Shown: positions 10,023 through 19,216 of the stretch, piece by piece
Layout of the letters: each line of letters opens with the position of its first letter
How positions within the stretch are numbered: the stretch's first letter is position 1
From: an uncultured Gemmatimonadales bacterium
Lineage (GTDB): Bacteria; Gemmatimonadota; Gemmatimonadetes; Gemmatimonadales; GWC2-71-9
Length of the DNA: 64,000 nucleotides
Assembly: GCA_963822925.1 (NCBI GenBank)
Contig: CAWGJN010000001.1
Location: 431,490-495,489 of the forward strand
Direction: 5' to 3'
The notes under the pieces: generated by a model
Told to the model about the DNA's origin: nothing
The model's database searches: none
What the model saw: only the letters and a program-made list of their open reading frames with translations
Program-made: the position numbers and the translations under genes

Positions 10023-10277
10023 ATGATGACACCAGACGAGCCACTGCCGGATTTCTCCGACGTCGAGGGCGGCAGTTCCTCTGCCGCGGCGGTGCCGGGT
10101 GCGAAGAACGCGCCGCGCACCTATGAGGTGAAGAAGGGTGACAGCCTCTCCAGGATCGCGAAACACGTGTACGGCGACGCGAACAAGTGGAAGCAGATCT
10201 TCGAGGCCAACGGCGACAAGCTCAAGGATCCTGACAAGATCTATCCCGGTCAGGTTCTCACCATTCCAGACGCCTGA
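10023..10277 (+). CDS. Small LysM domain protein
   Basis: ATG 10023. The C-terminal [50 protein letters not shown] is a canonical LysM domain. Confidence 0.75.
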   Translation: MMTPDEPLPDFSDVEGGSSSAAAVPGAKNAPRTYEVKKGDSLSRIAKHVYGDANKWKQIFEANGDKLKDPDKIYPGQVLTIPDA

Positions 10278-10294
10278 TCGGGCGAGGAGCCATC

Positions 10295-10747
10295 ATGCAG
10301 ACGACCCGCACCCTGTTCACATTCACCCTGCTGGCGGCGCCGCTGTTCGGTCTCGGGTGCAAGAAGGAAGCGCCACCACCACCGCCGGCCGAAACCGTCA
10401 CGCCCCCGCCACCGACGCCCCAGCCGGCCGTCAGCAAGATCGAACTCGGCAGCTCGGTGGGCGCCGACAAGCGCGTCCTGGCACCGCGGTCGAGCTTCGG
10501 GGTGAAGGACAGCATCATCGCCTCGGTCTACACCGAGAACACGGCCCCGAACTCGACACTGACCGCGAAGTGGACTTTCCAGACTGGACAGACGGTCGAT
10601 TCCACCAGCCAGACGGTCGCGGCCTCGCCCGGCATCACCGAGTTCCACATCGTGAAGAAGACCGCGTGGCCCGTGGGCCGGTACAAGGTTGAGATCTCTC
10701 TCAACGGCACTCCGGCGGGATCGCAGGAGTTCGATGTAACGAAGTAG
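10295..10747 (+). CDS. Hypothetical lipoprotein
   Basis: MQTTRTLFTFTLLAAPLFGLGCKKE lipobox followed by a Pro-rich linker. Confidence 0.6.
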   Translation: MQTTRTLFTFTLLAAPLFGLGCKKEAPPPPPAETVTPPPPTPQPAVSKIELGSSVGADKRVLAPRSSFGVKDSIIASVYTENTAPNSTLTAKWTFQTGQTVDSTSQTVAASPGITEFHIVKKTAWPVGRYKVEISLNGTPAGSQEFDVTK

Positions 10748-10759
10748 AGGGTGGGACCA

Positions 10760-10778
10760 GGGGCGCCGCTGGCGCCCC
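10760..10778. terminator. GC hairpin between convergent genes (ggggcgcc gct ggcgcccc)
   Basis: 8-bp perfect stem and 3-nt loop, read directly, between the stops at 10747 (+) and 10796 (-). Confidence 0.45.
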
Positions 10779-10795
10779 GCATCCCGCCACATCCT

Positions 10796-11332
10796 TCAGA
10801 GCACCACCACCGCCGCCGTCCATTCCGCAGGCTGCTTGTCATTCCGGTACAGTACGTCGAGATCGACCTGGACTTCTACGCCGTCGTGCTTGATCGCGTA
10901 TCGATCCATGTTGCGTGTGGCCCGGCCGGAAATGAACGTGCCATCCGGCTGGTACTTCGACTTGTGCTTGGGACACTGGAAGCGCCCCTCGTCGACCCAG
11001 CGAAGCGCCGTATTCTGGTGCGGACAGGACAATGCGAAGGCGTAGACGTGACCCTGGTTGCGCACCAGGATGACCTCCTGATCCTTGTCGAACTGCACCC
11101 CATCCTCTGCGGGCACGGGGAACGCCGTCACGCCCGCGCCCAGCTTCCTGCCGGACGGCGTGGCGCTCACACGACGGGTGAGCGCCATCACGACGCGGGG
11201 AGCGATCCCCTCAGCGAGGAGGGCAATGGCTACACCGGCCAGGGCGCGGTTGAGGAGATCCCGGCGCGTCAGTGGGCAGGCGCCGCAGTCCGGGTCAGTC
11301 GATCCATGGGGTTCGTCGAGCATCGGGTGCAC
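10796..11332 (-). CDS. Rieske [2Fe-2S] domain protein with a Tat-type signal
   Basis: CPH...CPKH (SCPHQNTALRWVDEGRFQCPKHKSKY). N-terminal TRRDLLNRALAGVAIALLA twin-arginine motif. Confidence 0.8.
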   Translation of the reverse strand: MHPMLDEPHGSTDPDCGACPLTRRDLLNRALAGVAIALLAEGIAPRVVMALTRRVSATPSGRKLGAGVTAFPVPAEDGVQFDKDQEVILVRNQGHVYAFALSCPHQNTALRWVDEGRFQCPKHKSKYQPDGTFISGRATRNMDRYAIKHDGVEVQVDLDVLYRNDKQPAEWTAAVVVL

Positions 11333-11339
11333 TCCAGAA

Positions 11340-11837
11340 TCAGGCCGCGTTGTTCAGTACGGTGCCGAGCAGGGTGGTCAGGAACCAGAGGGCGACGCTC
11401 GCACCTGCGGAAAATCGGAGGTGACGCCAGGCCCGATCGTCCGTCGGATACGTGATGCAGGCGCGTTCCAGCCGCAGCATCCAGGTGCCGTTGGCGAGGA
11501 GCGTGGCAACGGACCCCATCTTGAGCCAGAACGGCAGCGACGAGAGATAGGTGTCCCGATCGGCAAGGAAGAAGGCTGCGCCGCTCGCGACGACCACCGT
11601 GAGCGCAATGAGCACCCAGATGTGGATGCTTCGGTGAGCGAGCACGGCGGTGCCTCTTGCCTTGATGTTGTGCCGCGGCACCAGCAACGTCTCGCGATCG
11701 GTAGCGAGCGCCAGCCCACCCGCCGCGAGCAAGCCACCGATGTGCAGGAACTGGATCGTCACCTGGGTCGCGGTGTGGTCCTTGTAGTAGTCGGCCCAGC
11801 GATCGGCCAGCCCGGCGAGCGATACGGCGAGCATCAT
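11340..11837 (-). CDS. Hypothetical 4-TM membrane protein
   Basis: 165-aa hydrophobic ORF, 7 nt upstream of the Rieske gene start. Confidence 0.5.
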   Translation of the reverse strand: MMLAVSLAGLADRWADYYKDHTATQVTIQFLHIGGLLAAGGLALATDRETLLVPRHNIKARGTAVLAHRSIHIWVLIALTVVVASGAAFFLADRDTYLSSLPFWLKMGSVATLLANGTWMLRLERACITYPTDDRAWRHLRFSAGASVALWFLTTLLGTVLNNAA

Positions 11838-11840
11838 GGT

Positions 11841-12542
11841 TCAGTCCTTCCAGACGAGCATCATGAGCCAGGAGGCGGTTGCAACCGCCATTGATGTGAT
11901 GGCCAGGGTTTTGTGTGTCGTCGCATTCCCGCCCTCTCCGACCTCACCATCCTCGATCTCGGGTGCCGTCGCGCCCGTGGCCACGAAGCCGGCCTCGGCC
12001 ACGAACATCGCGATCGAGTGGACCCAGCGACGGGTGCGCCCCGCGGGATCGTGCCGGCTCTCGACGAGGTTCCACACCCCAGTCACCGTATTGACGGCAA
12101 AGAGGGCGGCGGTTGCACCGGCGAAGACGCCATGCCAGTCCTTGGAGAAGGACGAGGCGTTGTTACCGTTGTTGATCAGGTCGGTTCCGGTGGCATACGA
12201 CCCGATGAAGAACGGCAGCATGGCCCAGCTGGCATACTGGTGGATCTTGAGCCGCACGTAGTAGCCATTGGAGTACTCGATGGACTTCTTGCGGGTGGTG
12301 TCCGCGAATGCCGCGCGCACGCCGGGCTCGTAGCGTGCGTCCTGGAACGTGGTCGGGGCGATCGCCTCGACGGTGGGCGCGAGGCTGGGACCCTCACTCA
12401 CGACCGGTACCGGAGCCCGAAAGGCGCCGGCGGTGTCGGCCATCGGGCCCGCCAGGGCGGCAAGCGACACCTGCAGTAGTGCCAGCATCGTGAAGCTCCG
12501 GCGAACGAGGGGGCGCGACCAGTTCAGGGGGAGTTTGAGCAT
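11841..12542 (-). CDS. Hypothetical membrane protein with several conserved-looking His residues
   Basis: 233-aa ORF with a 3-nt gap to the next gene. It has a signal/anchor and TM segments with His residues (KIHQY, WHGV, VHSIAM). Confidence 0.5.
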   Translation of the reverse strand: MLKLPLNWSRPLVRRSFTMLALLQVSLAALAGPMADTAGAFRAPVPVVSEGPSLAPTVEAIAPTTFQDARYEPGVRAAFADTTRKKSIEYSNGYYVRLKIHQYASWAMLPFFIGSYATGTDLINNGNNASSFSKDWHGVFAGATAALFAVNTVTGVWNLVESRHDPAGRTRRWVHSIAMFVAEAGFVATGATAPEIEDGEVGEGGNATTHKTLAITSMAVATASWLMMLVWKD

Positions 12543-12745
12543 AGGCCGCCATCATGAATGATCGATGAACGCGGGGTGAATCATAGGCATACCCGATGCC
12601 AACTGGTGCAGCGTGGCGCGCGATGCAGATTGAGGATGCCATCAGGGGAATGAGTGAACGCCCCCGGGGTCACGCGATGCGCGTGTCGCGCCGGTGCCTG
12701 TAACGGCGCAATTCAACTGCAACGCCACGATGCAGCGGAGCCACC

Positions 12746-14686
12746 ATGTCCCCGAATCCCCGCGACGCCCTGCGCGCCTGGTTCCTGGGCCCGCGCGCCG
12801 AGAACGCCGACCTCATGGAGCGGCTCATCACCGAGTCGTTTCGCGACCACGTGTTCTGGCGGCGCAACTACCGGCCGGAGGACGGGGTCACCATCCGGGA
12901 AGTTGACCGGCGGCAGGAGGGATACGAGGACGCGATCGCCACGCTGACGCAGGAGCTGATGGCGCTCCTGGCCCAGCTCAAGCGTGACGTGCCCTTCTTC
13001 AGCGGGCGCTACCAGGGGCACATGGTATGCGAACCCACGATCGCGGCGCAGGTGGGCTACTTCGCGGCGATGCTGTACAACCCGAACAACGTGACCCGCG
13101 AGGCCGGTCCGGTCACGACCCGCCTCGAGTTCGAAGTGGCGGAGCAGCTGGCGCGCATGATCGGGTACGATCCCCGGGACACCTGGGGTCATCTCACGTC
13201 GGGCGGCACCGTTGCCAACTTCGAGGCGCTCTGGATCGCACGGAGCCTCTTCTACCTGCCGGTGGCGGCGGCGATGGCGACGCGCGCCGGCGCACCCGAC
13301 GTGGAAGTGACACGCCCTGGCGGGTCGCGAACGCCCATCTCGTCAATGGGGCTCTACGACCTGCTGAACCTGCGCGGTACGGCCGCGCTCGATGCGTGGG
13401 TCGCATTGCGCGAAGGGGTGCCGCGCGCCGGCTGGCCTGACGTGATCGACCGGCACACGCTCGCGCATGCCGGCTACCAGGAGTACACCCGGCGGCTGTC
13501 GCGGCACTGGGGCGACCCGCTCCCCGACAGCGTGGTGCTCGTCGCCGCCACAGCGCACTACTCCTGGGAGAAGATCGTGCGCGCGCTCGGCATCGGGGCG
13601 GAACAGCTCTCCTTCGTGCCGGTTGACCGGCACTGTCGCATTGATCCCGACGCCCTGTGGGAACGGATCGAGCAGCTGCACGCGCGACGGGCGCCGATCC
13701 TGGCCTGCATCAGCGTATGTGGCACCACCGAGGAGGGCGCGATGGACCGGCTGGACCGCGTGCTCGAGGTGCGGGCACGGGCTGAGCAGGAGCTGGGGGT
13801 CACCTTCCACCTCCACGCCGACGCGTGCTACGGTGGCTATGCCGCGGCCGTCACGCGCCGCACCGACGGGGCCCATCGCACCGGGAAGGAGATCCGTGCA
13901 TCCACCGGCATCAACTGGCCGTCGGACGACTGGGTGCAGTCTATGGTGGCACTGGGCTGGTTCGACTCGGTGACGATCGACCCACACAAGCTCGGGTTCG
14001 TTCCGTATCCCGCCGGCGCGATGCTGCTGCGCGATCGCCGCGCGCGTGACCTCGTCGCGGTGGAACCACCCTATCTCGCTCCCGCGGCCGACCCGACCCA
14101 GGACGCAACCTTCCTGGGGCAATTCATTCTCGAAGGATCCAAGCCTGGCGCCGCTGCCGCCGCAGTATGGCTGGGGCAGAAGGTGCTCCCGCTCGATGAG
14201 CGAGGGTATGGCTACCTGATCGAGCGCACCGTCATCGGGGCGCACCGACTCTACGACGCCATCCACGCGGCCAACCTGTCACCTTTTCGCGTGGTGATGT
14301 TTCCCCGGCCCGACCTCAACATCGTCTGCTTCGTGGTGACCCATCCGTCGCTCAGCAGCCTGCCAGGGGTGAACCGGCTCAACGAGGGGGTCTACCGGCA
14401 GATGAGCCTGGGCGGAACCGATCAGATGCCGGACTACATGATCACCCGCACGCGGCTTACGCATCCGAACTACGATGGCGCGGTGCCCCCATTGCTCGCG
14501 GCGCTCGGTATCGAGGACGCGGGGCTATGGGAGCGGGACACTGAGGGGCTGGTTGTGCTTCGCTCGACAGTGATGGACCCGTTCCTCACCGGCGATGCGG
14601 GGGGAGCGGATCATGTGGCGGGATACGTCGCCGCGCTGCTTCGCGCCTGCACCGCAGCGATGGACGAGATGACGCCCGAGGGTTGA
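12746..14686 (+). CDS. Group II pyridoxal-dependent decarboxylase (long form)
   Basis: 646 aa. TSGGTVANFEAL, HADACYGGY and TIDPHKLGFVPYPAG (PLP-lysine) motifs. Confidence 0.75.
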   Translation: MSPNPRDALRAWFLGPRAENADLMERLITESFRDHVFWRRNYRPEDGVTIREVDRRQEGYEDAIATLTQELMALLAQLKRDVPFFSGRYQGHMVCEPTIAAQVGYFAAMLYNPNNVTREAGPVTTRLEFEVAEQLARMIGYDPRDTWGHLTSGGTVANFEALWIARSLFYLPVAAAMATRAGAPDVEVTRPGGSRTPISSMGLYDLLNLRGTAALDAWVALREGVPRAGWPDVIDRHTLAHAGYQEYTRRLSRHWGDPLPDSVVLVAATAHYSWEKIVRALGIGAEQLSFVPVDRHCRIDPDALWERIEQLHARRAPILACISVCGTTEEGAMDRLDRVLEVRARAEQELGVTFHLHADACYGGYAAAVTRRTDGAHRTGKEIRASTGINWPSDDWVQSMVALGWFDSVTIDPHKLGFVPYPAGAMLLRDRRARDLVAVEPPYLAPAADPTQDATFLGQFILEGSKPGAAAAAVWLGQKVLPLDERGYGYLIERTVIGAHRLYDAIHAANLSPFRVVMFPRPDLNIVCFVVTHPSLSSLPGVNRLNEGVYRQMSLGGTDQMPDYMITRTRLTHPNYDGAVPPLLAALGIEDAGLWERDTEGLVVLRSTVMDPFLTGDAGGADHVAGYVAALLRACTAAMDEMTPEG

Positions 14687-14691
14687 ACCGC

Positions 14692-16746
14692 TCAGGCGTG
14701 CTGCAACTCGGCGCGCTCCTTCGACTCGCTCGCGACCTTGGTCGTTACCTCGGGCGGTGCCTCGGCGAAACCGTGGAATTTTTCCTTGTGGGTGCCCCGT
14801 CCGTGAGTGATCGAGTGCAGCGCAGTGGAATAGCGATAGAGTTCGGCCGCGGGCACGATCGAGCGCACGCGGGTGAGCCGCCCGTCGCGATCGGTGCCGA
14901 GGATCTGGCCGCGGCGGGCGCTCAGGTCGCCCATGACGTCGCCCAGGGTTTCCTCGGGAGCCCACGTGTCCACCTCCATGAGGGGTTCGAGCAGCACCGG
15001 CCTGCAGTTGGGCGCTACGTTCCTGAAGGCCTGGATGCCCGCCATCTTGAATGACATCTCGTTCGAGTCCACGTCGTGATAACTCCCGTCGAAGCATTCC
15101 GCCTCGAAGTCTACCACGGGATGTCCCGCGAGCACGCCGCGCAACGCCGATTCCTGAATGCCGCGGTCCACGGCCGGGATGTACTTGTTGGGTATCACGC
15201 CGCCCACCACCTTGTCGACGAAGCGGTATCCCTCGCCGCGGGCGAGCGGCCGGATGCGGATCCAGCAGTCGCCGTACTGTCCCCGGCCGCCGGTCTGCTT
15301 CTTGTGCTTGCCCTGCCCCTCACCCCGTGCCCGGAAGGTCTCCCGGTAGGCGATGCGCGGGCGCGCCAGCTCGGCGGACACGCCGTAGCGCCGCGCGATG
15401 CGGCCGAGGATCGTCTCGAAGTGCCGTTCGCCCATGCCGTGTATGAGCGTCTGTCCCAGTTCCGAGTTGTACTCGAAGTGGAATGACGGGTCCTCTTCGT
15501 GCAGCCGGTGCAGCGCCGAGGCCAGCTTGTCCTCGTCGCCCCGCTTGGTGACGAGCGCGGCGGTCGCCACCGCGTCGGGGAACTCGATCGCCGGCAGCCG
15601 CACCGGCGCATCGCGCCGGCAGAAGGTGTCGCCGGTGTGGGTGTCCTTGAGCTTGGCGACGCAGCCGATGTCGCCCGACATGAGGCGATCCACCTCGACG
15701 CGGTCGCGGCCCTGCGGAATCGACAGGTGGTTGATCTTCTCGGCCACCCCGTGCTCCGCGTTCCACACCTCGTCGCCGTTCTGCATCTCGCCGCGGTAGA
15801 GCCGGAAGTAGGTCACGTCACCCACGTGCGGCTCGGAAACCGTCTTGAACACCCGGCCCAGCAGCGGCAGGTTCTCGTACTCTCCACCGGGCGGCATCGG
15901 GGCCTCCGCGGCCGACGGCAGCAGCTCGACGATCTCCTTGAGCAGGGTACGGGTGCCGTAGGTGAGATCGGAACTGCAGCAGAAGAGCGGCACCACCGCC
16001 CCCGTGACCACTGCGTGCTTCATCGCCGCTGTGAATTCTGCGCGGGGAATCTCCTCACCGCCGAGATAGCGCTCGATCAACCCGTCGTCGGTAGCGGCCA
16101 CCGCCTCGATCAGCTGGTCACTGTACTGCTTTACCTGCTCCGCGAGCTCCTTCGGCACCGGCACCACTTCATACTCGCCGCGGCTGCCCTTGTACTCGTG
16201 GCAGTGCCCGGAGAAGAGATTGACGATCCCATGGAACCCGCGTCCGTCGCCCACCGGCACCTCCACCGGCACGACCCTGGGCGTGAGGTGCGTGCGCACG
16301 GCCTCATACACCCGCGCAAAGTCGGCGTTGTCCTTGTCCATCGCGGCCACCACCAGCATGCGCGGCAGGTGGAAGTGGTCGCAGAGCTCCCAGATCTTCT
16401 CGGTGCCGACTTCAACCCCGGCGGTGGAATTCAGGACCACGAGCGCGGCGTCGGCCACGCTCAGCGCGGCGACGGCTTCACCCAGGTACTCCAGGTAACC
16501 GGGCGTGTCGAGCAGGTTGATCTTGGTATCGAGCCACTCCGCGTACGCCGGGCCCAGCGTGATGGAATGTTGCCGCTCGATTTCGTCGGGGGAGGTATCA
16601 GTGAGGGTACTGCCGTCCTTGATGCGACCGTGGCGGCGGCTCGAGCCCGATACAAAGGCGAGCGCGTCCACCAGGCTGGTCTTGCCACTGCCCCCGTGGC
16701 CGGTCACCGCCACGTTTCGCAGGGCGTTGGGGCCATAGACTTTCAT
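14692..16746 (-). CDS. Elongation factor G family GTPase (orphan paralog)
   Basis: P-loop GHGGSGKT, DTPGY, five-domain EF-G length. The likely start is ATG 16746 with GAAGGAGG upstream (the track start at 16755 is GTG). There is no str-operon context. Confidence 0.85.
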   Translation of the reverse strand: MKVYGPNALRNVAVTGHGGSGKTSLVDALAFVSGSSRRHGRIKDGSTLTDTSPDEIERQHSITLGPAYAEWLDTKINLLDTPGYLEYLGEAVAALSVADAALVVLNSTAGVEVGTEKIWELCDHFHLPRMLVVAAMDKDNADFARVYEAVRTHLTPRVVPVEVPVGDGRGFHGIVNLFSGHCHEYKGSRGEYEVVPVPKELAEQVKQYSDQLIEAVAATDDGLIERYLGGEEIPRAEFTAAMKHAVVTGAVVPLFCCSSDLTYGTRTLLKEIVELLPSAAEAPMPPGGEYENLPLLGRVFKTVSEPHVGDVTYFRLYRGEMQNGDEVWNAEHGVAEKINHLSIPQGRDRVEVDRLMSGDIGCVAKLKDTHTGDTFCRRDAPVRLPAIEFPDAVATAALVTKRGDEDKLASALHRLHEEDPSFHFEYNSELGQTLIHGMGERHFETILGRIARRYGVSAELARPRIAYRETFRARGEGQGKHKKQTGGRGQYGDCWIRIRPLARGEGYRFVDKVVGGVIPNKYIPAVDRGIQESALRGVLAGHPVVDFEAECFDGSYHDVDSNEMSFKMAGIQAFRNVAPNCRPVLLEPLMEVDTWAPEETLGDVMGDLSARRGQILGTDRDGRLTRVRSIVPAAELYRYSTALHSITHGRGTHKEKFHGFAEAPPEVTTKVASESKERAELQHA

Positions 16747-16755
16747 GGCCTGCAC

Positions 16756-16797
16756 CTCCTTCGGCTGGAGTCATCTGCATCATGCAGGCGGAAGGAG
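16756..16797 (-). promoter_or_regulatory. Leader with a perfect 7-nt anti-SD (CUCCUUC) complementary to the SD (GAAGGAG) of the EF-G paralog
   Basis: mRNA sense: GGG-CUCCUUC-CGC-CUGCAU-G-AUGCAG-AUGACUCCAGCC-GAAGGAG-GUGCAGGCC-AUG, read directly. Confidence 0.4.
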
Positions 16798-16844
16798 CCC
16801 CTGTCAAATCGGGCTGCCACACCGTGCGATCGCGTGAAGCTGGC

Positions 16845-18008
16845 CTACTGCGGACTTCCCAGTGCCCCACGGGATCTGAGGATACCGAGCACCTCATCCA
16901 CCGGAATGCCGGCGACGGTGTGGCCATTGGCGGTCTGGGTGGTCGCCATGAAGAGGCTGTTGTAGATCGCTTCTTCCGTCGCTTCGGCCACGCCCTGGAA
17001 GAGCGGCGACACCGCGTCGTTACCGACATCGGCCTGGGTTATGCGTGCCGCGCCGCGGAGCCGGCGCACCGCCTTGCTGGTCGAGAATGCGATGACGTAG
17101 TCGCCCGATCCGTTATCCACGTTCGAGCCGGTACGCGCGATGCCGAGCATCGCGCGGGACGCGAGCCGGCGCAGGTTGCGGTCACTGAGCGGGGCATCTG
17201 TGGCCACCACGACCATGATCGAGCCAAGCGGGCCCTTCGCCGGGGCGAGGGCGGAGAGCCCCGATTTGCCAAGCGCGCGGCCGACCGGAACGCCGACGAT
17301 GGTGAGCTCGGAGGCACCACCGAAGTTTGACTGCACCAGTACGCCGACGGTCCACGTGCTGTCGCCTACCTTCACCTGCCGCGACGACGTGCCGATGCCC
17401 CCTTTCCACTCGAATGCGATCGTTCCAGTTCCGGCACCGACGCTGCCCTCCGCCACGGGGCCGCCAGTTGCCGATGTGAGCGCATGGCGCACATCGGCCT
17501 CGGAGACGAGACGGGAGCGGATGGCGTTGAGCACGTAGCCGTCGTTGGTCTCGCCCACGACCGGATTGATCGAGCGCACCTTCTCCATGCCGGGCTGCTC
17601 GAGCATCCAGGTCACCATCGCGTCGGCGGCGCGCCACACGCACAGCGTGCAGGTGAGGAGGATCGGGGTTTCGAGTTCGCCCAGTTCCACCACCTGGGTA
17701 ACGCCGAGCAGCTTGCCGAACCCGTTGCCCACGTAGATCGCCGCGGGCACACGCTCGAGAAAGAGGTTCTCCGGAGTGGGCCGGATCGCGGTGACGCCGG
17801 TGCGCACCGAATCACCGATCGTCACCGTGGTCTGGCCCACGAGCACGCCGGGCACGTCGGTGATCGTATTGAGGGGCCCCACCGGCATCACGCCGGTAAT
17901 GATGCCGAGATCACGCGCCCGCCTCGGCGTCGCCTGGGCGGCGGCACTGGAGGCAAGCAGCGCAAGCAGGAGTGCCAGGGTCCGCAGCGACCGCGTCGTC
18001 ATCGCCAC
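16845..18008 (-). CDS. P1/S58 family peptidase (DmpA-type L-aminopeptidase / D-esterase)
   Basis: Signal peptide, then GPLNTITDVPGVLVGQTTV...RTGVTAI and GSVGAGTGT motifs. Confidence 0.75.
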   Translation of the reverse strand: MAMTTRSLRTLALLLALLASSAAAQATPRRARDLGIITGVMPVGPLNTITDVPGVLVGQTTVTIGDSVRTGVTAIRPTPENLFLERVPAAIYVGNGFGKLLGVTQVVELGELETPILLTCTLCVWRAADAMVTWMLEQPGMEKVRSINPVVGETNDGYVLNAIRSRLVSEADVRHALTSATGGPVAEGSVGAGTGTIAFEWKGGIGTSSRQVKVGDSTWTVGVLVQSNFGGASELTIVGVPVGRALGKSGLSALAPAKGPLGSIMVVVATDAPLSDRNLRRLASRAMLGIARTGSNVDNGSGDYVIAFSTSKAVRRLRGAARITQADVGNDAVSPLFQGVAEATEEAIYNSLFMATTQTANGHTVAGIPVDEVLGILRSRGALGSPQ

Positions 18009-19168
18009 ATGACCTCCGACACGAAAGGCAGGTGGTCCGAACCCCAGTCGTCACCCACGTGCGCGCTCGCCGCCTTGAGATCCGGGGTGAGGAGGATGTG
18101 ATCGATCCGCACCTTGATCCAGCCGTTGAGCCGGGTGTATCCCCAGCCGTTGCCGGCCGTGCCGAAGGCGTCGTCGAGCGTGCCCCAATAGCGCTGCCAG
18201 ATCACGCTCTCGACGGGCAGGTTGAAGTCCCCCATGACGATGCGCGGCCCGGTGGTGGAGTCGACCCACCGGCGCACGACGCGCGACTCGGTATCGCGCA
18301 GGAGGTTGTTGGCGTCGATGGCGCGCGGCGCATTGGATGGATCGCTGAGCAGGTGCTCCACGCCATGGCGCGGGGTCTCCAGGTGCAGCACGAAGACCGC
18401 CACCACCCCGCCCGGTGTGAGCACCTCGTAGCGCGACACCGCCGCCGAGCCACCCGCGGCCTGGAAATTCCGCGCGGGCATGATGACCGGTGGCGCGCGC
18501 AACGGATAGCGGCTGAGGAAGCAGTTGGTGTACGCGGTGTCGATCACCGCCCAACCCTCCAGGGTGGCCAGCGCATCGCGCATTAGCTTGCCGCACTCCT
18601 GGAACCCGGCGATATCGGGCCGCGTGGCGGCGAGGATCTCACGAAGCCGGAACGCCACCACGTTGCCGGTCTCCACGTTGTAGGTGAGGACGCGCAGCGG
18701 CCGGATGTCGCCCCGCGGCCAGAGTGGTACGGTGCTCATCGTCCCGCCCATGATCGGTCCCATCACGACCAGTGCCGCGAGGCCGACCGGCACCAGCGCG
18801 GTGCGCCGCCAGGCGAGTGCGGCAATGGCAGCGGCCCCGACGGGCAATAGCCAGGGCCACCGCCCGCTATAGATGAGCACCGTACCCCACCAGGTGCGAT
18901 CACCGGCAAGACGGTACACCAGTGCCACGAGCAGGATGGCGAGGAGCAGGAGCCAGCCGGCGCCATCGAGCGGCGTCAGCACCAGCCGGCCGACTCGGAG
19001 CCGCGAACGGGGAGCGGCTCCACGGATCCACTGCCGAAGGCGCGCGGATCGCGTCCGGTCTACGGGCGACTTGCAGATCGGGCAGCGGGCGGCAGCCCAG
19101 TAACGGGTCGCGTCGACAGCGACCTTGTGGCGTCGCGAACAGGAAAAAACGTAGCGGGGTGAGGTCAT
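17999..19168 (-). CDS. Membrane-anchored endonuclease/exonuclease/phosphatase (EEP) family protein with an N-terminal Cys/His knuckle
   Basis: N-terminal CSRRH...CPIC, then TM segments. EEP motifs LRVLTYNVE, GDFN, SDHLP. Confidence 0.7.
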   Translation of the reverse strand: MTSPRYVFSCSRRHKVAVDATRYWAAARCPICKSPVDRTRSARLRQWIRGAAPRSRLRVGRLVLTPLDGAGWLLLLAILLVALVYRLAGDRTWWGTVLIYSGRWPWLLPVGAAAIAALAWRRTALVPVGLAALVVMGPIMGGTMSTVPLWPRGDIRPLRVLTYNVETGNVVAFRLREILAATRPDIAGFQECGKLMRDALATLEGWAVIDTAYTNCFLSRYPLRAPPVIMPARNFQAAGGSAAVSRYEVLTPGGVVAVFVLHLETPRHGVEHLLSDPSNAPRAIDANNLLRDTESRVVRRWVDSTTGPRIVMGDFNLPVESVIWQRYWGTLDDAFGTAGNGWGYTRLNGWIKVRIDHILLTPDLKAASAHVGDDWGSDHLPFVSEVMWR

Positions 19169-19216
19169 GAGCGACGAAAGGTAGAGCCGTGCTCACTAAA
19201 GCCGGTATACTCAAAC

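Noticed and set aside
16775-16787. CTGCATCATGCAG as an RNA hairpin in the EF-G leader.
   Set aside because: A 1-nt loop is sterically impossible. It is kept only as a DNA palindrome inside the anti-SD finding.
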